Below are positions 9,301 to 16,377 of a stretch of 32,993 nucleotides of DNA, in pieces; the stretch's first letter is position 1, and every line of letters begins with the position of its first letter. The stretch covers positions 1 to 32,993 of the forward strand of contig JBJKQX010000417.1 of the NCBI GenBank assembly GCA_046704965.1, in the 5' to 3' direction. The notes under the pieces are model-generated. The model searched no databases and was not told the origin of the DNA. It saw only the letters and a program-made list of their open reading frames with translations. Source of the DNA: Candidatus Binataceae bacterium (GTDB lineage Bacteria; Desulfobacterota; Binatia; Binatales; Binataceae). The position numbers and the translations under genes were made by a program.

Positions 9301-9851
9301 TTCATATCTCTCGCGAGGAAGCCAATAGGCTAATCGGCGTCGTTCTGAAGAGCTATGCTGAGGAACATCGTAAGCCGCCGCGAGAGCTATTTATCCACGG
9401 CCGCACTCGCTTCAACAGCGACGAGTGGGCTGGCTTCTGCGATGCAATCGACCCTATGAATACCCAACTCACCGCAGTCCGTATTACACGCACAAACGAG
9501 TTTAAGCTGTTTTCTGGTGGTGAGAAGGCAGTGCGCCGGGGTACGGCGATCAGGCTGAGCTCGCGAATCGGTCTACTTTGGACTTCAGGCTATGTGGAAC
9601 GTCTCGGGACCTATCCTGGGCGCGAAACGCCTAATCCGTTGCGTATTGAGATCGTAAACGAGACCGAGCGAACGACCAACATCGATGTCGTTATGAATGA
9701 CATCATTATGCTCACAAAGATGAACTTCAATTCGTGCGTATACGGAGATGGCATTCCCGTTACTATGCGATTTGCTGATGCAATTGGAGACGTTTTGGTG
9801 ACTGCGAAGGACAAAAAGGTACCACCTCTGCCTTTTAGATATTATATCTAG
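6312..9851 (+). CDS. single-chain short prokaryotic Argonaute fusion: unknown N-domain - TIR - APAZ-like - MID - catalytically degenerate PIWI (SPARTA-like)
   Basis: TIR at about aa 191-325: LVFISHANPEDNEVARWLVSRLAARGYQVWSD...FWDTIEDAIRKKAAKVIVILS...LLDEV. The PIWI shows typical blocks: GGRPWRV, CYIGLIFKRE, CCGAQMFL, ELFIHGRTRF, LTAVRITRTNEFKLF, GTAIRL...LLWTSG, PNPLRIEI and IIMLTKMNFNSCVYGDGIPVTMRFAD. The GTG start at 6312 overlaps the upstream stop (GTGA), with AAGGA at 6298-6302. Alternative ATG starts lie at 6396 and 6426. Confidence 0.85.
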   Translation: MTGSQRPYLRVVSSAHQKTQDAPQQTAAMAASGTLRQPMLFSDASLHTLAFIKAGELDADKFSSLIREAKPLVVFDLRSIPSFARRTLSRKAVFSLFQENGVEYFDVAGTLGVSGGRDGLLNPALLINALQISVLRHARGLIGPVFFFVNDDLFYDDYFSAVAEQLPHQDGRGWEIACWPNEQASKSVVERDLVFISHANPEDNEVARWLVSRLAARGYQVWSDITRLLGGEFFWDTIEDAIRKKAAKVIVILSRRGQLKPGLLDEVNIAISTERSEGLNRFVLPVRVDDLPFADIRANLARKNVIDGRANLAEALSRILAILREDKVPRAGDDSGTPLPDIRLTTPQAVDTSEWNVLFENKIEVLAWPRVIRKFRSTRTTFPFATHSATDGVVTFEDWDVIGAALGASVAKAGEVTFELGENWGALDLVFANRAEARRAASNLLRQAWDSMCQNRGFSRFVLANNLSCWFLPNGFQNGNRVGYLDPKGVQRQKILVGRSSRRRVFWHFAIEARASSIDSSIRVVPHVLFSEDGETPIPSHDRQHALRRGFCRNWWNARWRDLLAATLSYMSEGRDTLGLPVSQRAIIEVSARLKAHVTEPSGEQPGTDISRNVIRFEEPKVVVGYGQTDDYPKEGLLLFGPVPFERNPKNIKAGVIGTTEGIALYRAWSTQFNSFQADPGASRNSVPFPGFEAVFGAKWDVNPIHSIALSRTDLINSILLEDRHQAIFKSTGMYVDQITKAIREDDVDVDIWFVVIPDEVFVYGRPVSRVPSAIAIATPGAMGRNVARRFLNSSPSLFPEDNAEAEIYDYHLDFHHQLKARLLDVQAVTQILRESSLVTMTGASEPELLVSAELCSKHEELDDIEEIGDKVAKPSPDEVEVFEEDLYEYNAETRNVRVESGPNAFGTHFVVNRRMQDKASVAWNLSTTTFFKAGGRPWRVANARQGVCYIGLIFKREPGLRSRQSCCGAQMFLQDSDGIVFKGAMGPWYSPDTGQFHISREEANRLIGVVLKSYAEEHRKPPRELFIHGRTRFNSDEWAGFCDAIDPMNTQLTAVRITRTNEFKLFSGGEKAVRRGTAIRLSSRIGLLWTSGYVERLGTYPGRETPNPLRIEIVNETERTTNIDVVMNDIIMLTKMNFNSCVYGDGIPVTMRFADAIGDVLVTAKDKKVPPLPFRYYI

Positions 9852-10206
9852 ACACACTACGCTTTCACGCTGAGCTACGAGGGGTGAAGCAAAGCAGCTT
9901 GCCTACCGCAGCAACCGGAGAGACCGTTTTCGGCGCAAGCGGGCCGACAGACTTCAGCTCCGATCACGGCCCCGGCAGGGAGATTCCGGACAATCACGAA
10001 CGAGCAGCGGAACGCTCCGGCTTGGCCGAGATGATCATGCTTTTAATGTCTTCGCCGCTCACAAGCGGCCCTTTCGGTGTCGCCCTAAATGTCAAAATGA
10101 ACGCGGAACTGGACGCTGAAATCTTCGCCTTTCGGATACATCCCACGCCCTCCGTGACCGCGCCGTGGCTGCTGTACGGTCGATGCAGATTGTGAAGGCT
10201 GTCTTG

Positions 10207-10968
10207 CTATCTCATGAAGGAAACTAACACCGAAGCCAGCTTTAGCGCATCATAGATGATCGGCTCAAGGACCGGTTTGGCTCCATGCACATCGCTCATG
10301 TCCGACCTTAAAATCTGCATCACCATTGCCGCTTGGTTCAGTGCTCCCCGAAGATTGTGGAAAAGCATTGAGGCCCGCTCCGGCTTCCAGCCCAGACCAA
10401 CGAGCTCACGTTCCAATGCGGTAAGCCGACCAACAGCCTCGATGGCAAGCTTGGTTTTCTGCTGAAATGATTCGGCATCACTGGTATTGGCTACTGCTGC
10501 CGCGGCTGTCTCCACGGAGCCACTTGCAGCCGCAAGTGCGCCATCCAGGTCTCCATTGACGAGCCGGTCGAGTGCCGTCGAGATTTGACCAGCGGCGGCT
10601 TCTGGCAAGAACCGCAATTCGCGCTCATCGAAAAGCCCAACGGGAATGAATTTGCCTTGAATAAATTGGAAGCCATGCTCAAGCAGGAGCGCTTTCACGC
10701 GTTCCGGCGCGTCCTCGGGGTAGGTCCGATCAAGGAGCCGTTCTGCCAAAATACGAACGGTTCGAATTTGATTGGTAAACTCAAATTTCTCGAATTGCGC
10801 GTCAACCGACTGCATTAGCGGCTGCCAGTGCTGCATCCCCGTAGAGGCGAATCCCGCAGTTCTTAAAACCTGAGCCGCTTGCGTGATGCCGAACTGGGCC
10901 TGAACTTCAGAGGTTAAAGCAGCAAAGAGACGGCGAACATCACCTTGAGTTAGCTGTTTTTCGCCCAT
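10207..10968 (-). CDS. Abi_C-like abortive infection family protein
   Basis: The C-terminal LFHNLRGALNQAAMVMQILRSDMSDVHGAKP resembles the Abi_C signature (R..x..HG). ATG at 10968 (MGEKQL); the track ORF extends to 11022. Confidence 0.55.
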   Translation of the reverse strand: MGEKQLTQGDVRRLFAALTSEVQAQFGITQAAQVLRTAGFASTGMQHWQPLMQSVDAQFEKFEFTNQIRTVRILAERLLDRTYPEDAPERVKALLLEHGFQFIQGKFIPVGLFDERELRFLPEAAAGQISTALDRLVNGDLDGALAAASGSVETAAAAVANTSDAESFQQKTKLAIEAVGRLTALERELVGLGWKPERASMLFHNLRGALNQAAMVMQILRSDMSDVHGAKPVLEPIIYDALKLASVLVSFMR

Positions 10969-11527
10969 CGACGATCCCGCCTGTGACAAACGCTTTCGAG
11001 CGCGACACACCCACGAATGCACCTAAGCTCCTGATTGGGTGAAATAATTCCGTATCAGCCGGCATCACGTTTCGCGCAAAACGAGACACCTTTAGTAATC
11101 TACGCTTTCCTTACGAATTCAACTAGTTGAGAAAGTTCTAAACGGGGTCAAGCTTCGGGGCGCGTTTACAAGCTCGACAAGCAGACCATTCCGAGCCGCC
11201 ACGGAGAGCCTCATTTTGGTCGGGATTGTGATGACGTCGAGCTCGTCCCTAGGCAAGACGCCACTATTATCCAGTTGAATGCTTCGCCGCAGCCAAGATA
11301 GAGGCCCCCTCATATGGGAAGTGATCCTTCGGCCGCAACCGTGGCGAGGAGGCTTTCGTCTTCACTATCCGTTACGTCGGCGGGCGGGCTCGCCGTCAGA
11401 GAGTCCTCGGTTTTTCGAACCCACGAGATCCGATCTCATCGGCCCAAACCGGACTATATCTCCTTTACTCTGCACCAAACCAATGGAATAGTCCCGTCTA
11501 TCCGCTACGGTGGAGAAAGGGTGGGTC

Positions 11528-11770
11528 ATGTCTGATCGCTGGATGTCCGTCGAGGAGATCGCCGGCTATCTGGGAGTGAGCAAAGACACGATCTACGGCT
11601 GGATAACCAAGAGGGACATGCCGGCCCACAAGGTCGGAAGGCTTTGGAAGTTCAAGTCGGACGAGGTCGATTCATGGGTGAGGGCCGGTAAAGCATCCGA
11701 CGAGGGCGGTGAGCATGCGGTGAGTGATGCAAAAGGTCGAGAAAAGCGCGCCACGAAGGGGAAGCAATGA
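11528..11770 (+). CDS. excisionase/MerR-type helix-turn-helix (HTH_17-like) DNA-binding protein
   Basis: WMSVEEIAGYLGVSKDTIYGWITKRDMPAHKVGRLWKFKSDEVDSWV is the typical excisionase-family HTH pattern. The ATG at 11528 follows GGAGAAAGG (11512-11520). The stop overlaps the dcm start (ATGA at 11767-11770). Confidence 0.75.
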   Translation: MSDRWMSVEEIAGYLGVSKDTIYGWITKRDMPAHKVGRLWKFKSDEVDSWVRAGKASDEGGEHAVSDAKGREKRATKGKQ

Positions 11771-12861
11771 GTAGAGTGGCGTGCATCGACTTGTTTTGTG
11801 GCGCGGGCGGTCTGACGCATGGCCTGATCCAAGCGGGCATCCCGGTCGTCGCAGGCATCGATGTCGATGCGGCTTGCCGCTACCCGTTCGAAATCAACAA
11901 CAGCTCGCGCTTCATCGCCAAAGACATCAAGAACGTAAAACCGGCGGACCTAAAGAAGCTCTATGGTGATGCCGAGATCCGGATTTTAGCCGGTTGCGCG
12001 CCCTGTCAGCCATTCTCGACCTATTCCCAACGCTACGACACCTTGACGAGTCCGCGCTGGCCCCTGCTGTACCAGTTCGCGCGCCTCATAAAGTCAGTCC
12101 GTCCGGACGTCGTGACCATGGAAAACGTGCCTCTGGTCGAAAAGCACGCGGTGTTCGACGACTTCGTCGCTACTCTGCGTCGGCTGGGTTACAACGTCTG
12201 GCAGGGCGTCGTCGATTGCACCCAATATGGCTTGCCGCAAACCAGGCGGCGGATGGTCATACTGGCGAGCCTGATCGGTCCGATTGAGCTGATCGCGCCG
12301 ACGCACGAAAAGCCTCGGACCGTCAAAGATGCGATCGGAAAGCTACCCGCCATCGAAGCCGGCAGCGCTCACAAAAGCGACGCATTCCATATGTCGTCCA
12401 GGCTTTCGGATCTCAACCTAGAGCGCATCCGCGCCTCCCGCCCCGGCGGGACGTGGCGCGACTGGCCCAAACGGCTGGTCGCAGAATGCCATCGCAAGGA
12501 AACCGGCCGCACCTATCCCGGCGTCTACGGGCGCATGACGTGGAACGACCCCGCTCCGACGATCACGACGCAGTTCTATGGTTTCGGCAACGGTCGGTTC
12601 GGTCATCCCGAACAGGATCGGGGTATCTCCTTGCGAGAGGGCGCCATCCTGCAAGGGTTCCCTAAGGACTATGCCTTCGTGCCGGAGGGCAGTCCCACCC
12701 ATTTCAAGGTTCTCGGCCGAATGATCGGCAATGCTGTGCCCGTCGTCCTCGGCGAGGCGATCGGACAGAGCATTTCGGCTCACCTCGGCATCAAGGCCGA
12801 TCGGGAGGGCCAGAAGCAGGGAGGCATCGCGGATGTCGCGCGTAAGCCCCTCATCGCATGA
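11767..12861 (+). CDS. dcm: DNA (cytosine-5)-methyltransferase
   Basis: C5-MTase motifs are present in order: I IDLFCGAGGLTHG, IV GCAPCQPFS, VI TMENVP, VIII QTRRRMVILAS, X IGNAVPV. Confidence 0.92.
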   Translation: MSRVACIDLFCGAGGLTHGLIQAGIPVVAGIDVDAACRYPFEINNSSRFIAKDIKNVKPADLKKLYGDAEIRILAGCAPCQPFSTYSQRYDTLTSPRWPLLYQFARLIKSVRPDVVTMENVPLVEKHAVFDDFVATLRRLGYNVWQGVVDCTQYGLPQTRRRMVILASLIGPIELIAPTHEKPRTVKDAIGKLPAIEAGSAHKSDAFHMSSRLSDLNLERIRASRPGGTWRDWPKRLVAECHRKETGRTYPGVYGRMTWNDPAPTITTQFYGFGNGRFGHPEQDRGISLREGAILQGFPKDYAFVPEGSPTHFKVLGRMIGNAVPVVLGEAIGQSISAHLGIKADREGQKQGGIADVARKPLIA

Positions 12862-13258
12862 AGCGAGCCTCCGAATGGCTCGAGTGCGGCAGAAGGGCAC
12901 CGACGCCGAACTTTCCTTACGTAAGGCGCTGCACGCCAGAGGGCTGCGCTATCGCTTGCACGTCCCGCTACTGACGAAGCCGCGTCGAGTCGCAGACATC
13001 GTTTTTTCGAGCGCCCGGGTCGCCATCTTCGTCGATGGTTGCTTCTGGCACGGTTGCCCGCAACACGCCTCCTGGCCGAAGAGCAACGCGCAATTCTGGC
13101 GCGACAAGATCGAAACCAACCGGGCTCGCGACGCGGACACCGATCAACGCCTCCGGGCTTCGGGTTGGCGGGTCGTCCGTGTTTGGTCTCACGAAAGCGC
13201 CGGTGATGCGGCCGAACGCATCGAAGACCTCGTTCGTGCCGGGGAGAGTGCGCAGTGA
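12833..13258 (+). CDS. vsr: very short patch repair endonuclease
   Basis: SLRMARVRQKGTDAEL...ADIVFSSARVAIFVDGCFWHGCP...FWRDKIETNRARD...GWRVVRVWSHE matches the Vsr pattern. The ATG at 12833 overlaps the dcm 3' end by 29 nt; the track ORF starts at 12731. Confidence 0.88.
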   Translation: MSRVSPSSHEASLRMARVRQKGTDAELSLRKALHARGLRYRLHVPLLTKPRRVADIVFSSARVAIFVDGCFWHGCPQHASWPKSNAQFWRDKIETNRARDADTDQRLRASGWRVVRVWSHESAGDAAERIEDLVRAGESAQ

Positions 13259-16200
13259 TCGTCAGGGGGGCTGGCAGCGCGGCCGCACAGATAGCGCATC
13301 ACACCATCCCCGAGCCCGGCCAGTTGGTGGAAGCTCGCCGGCGTCAATGGATTGTTTCTGAAGTGGACGACGGCTCGGTCGCCCCTGGTCTGCCCAAACG
13401 CCACCTCATTCGGTTGGCTTCGATCGACGAGGATGCCCTCGGCGAGGAAATCGAGGTTTTGTGGGAATTGGAACCCGGCGCTCATGTCATCGAGCGCGCC
13501 GGCCTGCCGCGTATCACGGGTTTGGACGATCCAGACACGCTGCAAGCGTTTCTCGACGCCGTCCAATGGGGAGCGGCCACCAACGCAGACAGAGCGTACT
13601 TGCAAGCTCCCTTCCGTAGTGGCGTCAGCATCGAGGATTTCCAGCTCGACCCGCTAGTGCGCGCGATCGACATGGCTCGCACGAGCCTGCTCATCGCCGA
13701 CGACGTCGGTCTCGGCAAGACGATCGAAGCCGGTCTCGTGGTCCAGGAGATGCTCCTCCGCCACCGTGCCCGTACAGCGCTGGTGTTGTGCCCAGCGTCG
13801 CTGCAAGAAAAGTGGCGCACGGAGATGCAAGAAAAATTCGGCCTTGATTTTCGGATCGTGGATACCGAGTTCGTCAAGCATCTGCGACGCGAGCGAGGGC
13901 TGCACGCCAACCCGTGGACGTCCTTCCCGCTCCTGATCACCTCAATGGATTGGGCGAAGCAGGGTGAAGGCCTGCGCCTGTTTCGTGATGCATTGCCGCC
14001 CTCGGTCACACATCCCCGCAAATTCGATCTCTTGGTGATCGACGAGGCCCACAACGTCGCGCCAACGGTCGGACACTATGCCGTCGAGAGCCTCAGGACG
14101 CGGCTGGTCCGCCTTCTCGCACCCCATTTCCAGCACAAGCTGTTCCTGACCGCCACGCCGCACGATGGCTACACCGAATCGTTCACCGCTCTGCTCGAAC
14201 TCCTCGACGATCAACGGTTCGCCAGAAACGTCCTGCCGAGCGAGCCCCAGCGCGCCCGGGTCATGGTGCGGCGGCTGAAGAGCGACCTCGTCGACGCGAA
14301 CGGCAATCGGCTCTATCCGGTACGGCGCCTCGAAGCCCTCGGCGTCAACTATGCCGAGGACGAGCGAGACATCCGTCATCTTCTCGGGGACTACATATCC
14401 AGCCGGGAGCGGGGGGAAAAAGGCGCACGAGCCGTCGACCGCTTCGTCCATCAATTGCTGCGCAAGCGCCTGTCGTCGTCACCCGCGGCGTTCGCGACCA
14501 CGCTGGAGCGGCATGTCGCGACCATCGAAGGGCGCACCGCGGCCGACCACGGCCAACGAAAGTTGGATGAGCGCATCCTCCGCCGGGCCATCTCGAAGGC
14601 GGAGGAAGACTACGCCGACGATGCCCAGCGCGAGATGGCGGAAGACGAGGCGATTGGCGAAGCCAGCAAGCACGTCCGCCCGCCTGACGAGCGAGAAAGG
14701 CTGATGCTCCAGCGTTTGCGATCCTGGGCTCAGCAAGCGTCACGCAAGGAGGACTCCAAGGCTCGCGCCATCCTGGAGTGGCTCGCCAAGCATCTCCAGG
14801 TCGATGGCCAGTGGACAGACGAGCGCGTCATACTCTTCACCGAATACCGGACGACACAGCAGTGGATGCACCAGATCCTTGCTGCCCACGGCTTCGGTGG
14901 CGACCGGCTGGCGTTGATCTATGGCGGGATGGATCACGACGAACGCGAAACCGTGAAGGCCGCGTTCCAGGCCAGCCCCAAGGAATCGCCAGTCAGAATC
15001 CTCCTGGCGACCGATGCCGCTTCGGAAGGCATCGACCTCCAAAACCACTGCCATCTGATGATCCACTTGGAGATCCCTTACAATCCCAACGTGATGGAGC
15101 AGCGGAACGGCCGCATCGACCGGCACGGTCAGCGCTCCGGCGAGGTGGTCATTTGGCACCCGGTCGACGACGAGGGAGACCACGGCGAGGACATTCTGCG
15201 TGCCCTGCGCAAGCTCGATGCCATGCGGGCCGACATGGGCAGCGTCAATCCGGTCATCGCCCCTCAGTTGCCGGACCTGATCGAGGGGCGCCGGCGCGAC
15301 CTGGATACCCGGCTCGCCGAAGCCCGCATGGAAAAGTCTCGCCGCTTCGTCCGAGCGGAGCGCGATCTCCGAGAACGCATCGCGAAGCTGCATGAACGTC
15401 TCGCCGAGACCAAACGAGAGCAAAATCTCGCGCCCGACCATATCGAAAGATCGGTGAGGACGGCTCTGCGCCTATCGGACAAACCGGACCTGGAGCCCGT
15501 TTCCCTTCCGGGGGCTCTCGATGGATCGGTCTTCAGGATGCCGGCGCTGTCGGGTTCATGGTCGCGATGTCTCGAAGGTCTCGAGCATCCCTATACGAAG
15601 AAGGTTCGACCGATCACCTTCGATCACGACGTGGCGAAGGGGCGCGACGACGTCGTCCTGGCGCATCTCAATCACCGCCTCGTTCAGATGAGTCTGCGCC
15701 TGCTCCGCGCCGAGATCTGGGCGCGCGACGACGTAAAGAAGATCCATCGCGTCACCGCCCGGTCGCTTCCCGACGGTCGCTTGGAAGCTCCGACCATCGT
15801 CGTCGTTTCTCGCTTGGTGATCACGGGCGGAAGCCACCATCGCCTGCACGAGGAACTCACCGAGGCCGGCGGCTATCTGCGCGACGCGGGATTCCGCCGC
15901 GAGGAGCGCGTCACAGAGTTGCGTCGGTGGCTACAGGAATCCAAACCAGCGGCGCTGCCGGACACGACCTTCGCGGCGCTGCGCACCCGCTTCGACAAGC
16001 AGCGCGACTCCGTCCTGGCTGCGGTCGAGGCGCGTTCCAAGGATCGCCTGCGCTTCCTGTCCAACTCGATCGACGCCCGCCGGGAAAAGGAGAGCGACGA
16101 CATCCGCCAGGTGCTAGACGATCTCGACAAGGCTCTACGGGCCGAACTCGTCGCCGACCGTGAGCCGCAACAGCTCTCGCTCTTCTCCGAAGACGAGCGC

Positions 16201-16377
16201 ACACAGCTGCGACGCGATCACGCCGCTCTGGAAGCACGCCTCGCCCGCATTCCGCTGGAGCGGGAGCAAGAGGTGCGCGCCATCGAGAACAGATACTCCA
16301 ATGTCCGGGATCACACCTTTCCCGTAGCCGTCGTCCTGCTCGTGCCCGCCTCGCTGTCGACAGAGCGGATAACATGA
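13255..16377 (+). CDS. drmD: SNF2-family helicase, DISARM class 1 DrmD
   Basis: DDVGLGKTIEAG (motif I), LLVIDEAHNV (II), LFLTATPHDG (III), LLATDAASEGIDLQ (V) and EQRNGRIDRHGQ (VI). The GTG start at 13255 overlaps the vsr stop (GTGA), with GGGGAGAG 6 nt upstream. Context: sits with drmMI/drmA/drmB/drmC. Confidence 0.85.
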   Translation: MIVRGAGSAAAQIAHHTIPEPGQLVEARRRQWIVSEVDDGSVAPGLPKRHLIRLASIDEDALGEEIEVLWELEPGAHVIERAGLPRITGLDDPDTLQAFLDAVQWGAATNADRAYLQAPFRSGVSIEDFQLDPLVRAIDMARTSLLIADDVGLGKTIEAGLVVQEMLLRHRARTALVLCPASLQEKWRTEMQEKFGLDFRIVDTEFVKHLRRERGLHANPWTSFPLLITSMDWAKQGEGLRLFRDALPPSVTHPRKFDLLVIDEAHNVAPTVGHYAVESLRTRLVRLLAPHFQHKLFLTATPHDGYTESFTALLELLDDQRFARNVLPSEPQRARVMVRRLKSDLVDANGNRLYPVRRLEALGVNYAEDERDIRHLLGDYISSRERGEKGARAVDRFVHQLLRKRLSSSPAAFATTLERHVATIEGRTAADHGQRKLDERILRRAISKAEEDYADDAQREMAEDEAIGEASKHVRPPDERERLMLQRLRSWAQQASRKEDSKARAILEWLAKHLQVDGQWTDERVILFTEYRTTQQWMHQILAAHGFGGDRLALIYGGMDHDERETVKAAFQASPKESPVRILLATDAASEGIDLQNHCHLMIHLEIPYNPNVMEQRNGRIDRHGQRSGEVVIWHPVDDEGDHGEDILRALRKLDAMRADMGSVNPVIAPQLPDLIEGRRRDLDTRLAEARMEKSRRFVRAERDLRERIAKLHERLAETKREQNLAPDHIERSVRTALRLSDKPDLEPVSLPGALDGSVFRMPALSGSWSRCLEGLEHPYTKKVRPITFDHDVAKGRDDVVLAHLNHRLVQMSLRLLRAEIWARDDVKKIHRVTARSLPDGRLEAPTIVVVSRLVITGGSHHRLHEELTEAGGYLRDAGFRREERVTELRRWLQESKPAALPDTTFAALRTRFDKQRDSVLAAVEARSKDRLRFLSNSIDARREKESDDIRQVLDDLDKALRAELVADREPQQLSLFSEDERTQLRRDHAALEARLARIPLEREQEVRAIENRYSNVRDHTFPVAVVLLVPASLSTERIT

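Noticed and set aside
9884-10195. A 103-aa plus-strand ORF between the pAgo and Abi genes, and similarly the 149-aa ORF at 32346..32795 and the ORFs at 30682..31172.
   Set aside because: They have no SD, low-complexity or Pro/Arg-rich translations, no motifs, and sit in otherwise intergenic DNA.
9857-11109. A 10-bp direct repeat CTACGCTTTC (9857-9866 and 11100-11109) flanking the Abi_C-like gene, which could be target-site duplication of an inserted cassette.
   Set aside because: Identical 10-mers are expected by chance hundreds of times among all position pairs in 33 kb. The flanking similarity is minimal and there is no recombinase.
11119-11130. A 12-bp perfect palindrome TCAACTAGTTGA in the region upstream of the DISARM operon, which could be an operator for the HTH protein.
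   Set aside because: It is a single short palindrome about 400 nt from the first gene start, with no second copy and no promoter overlap that I can see.
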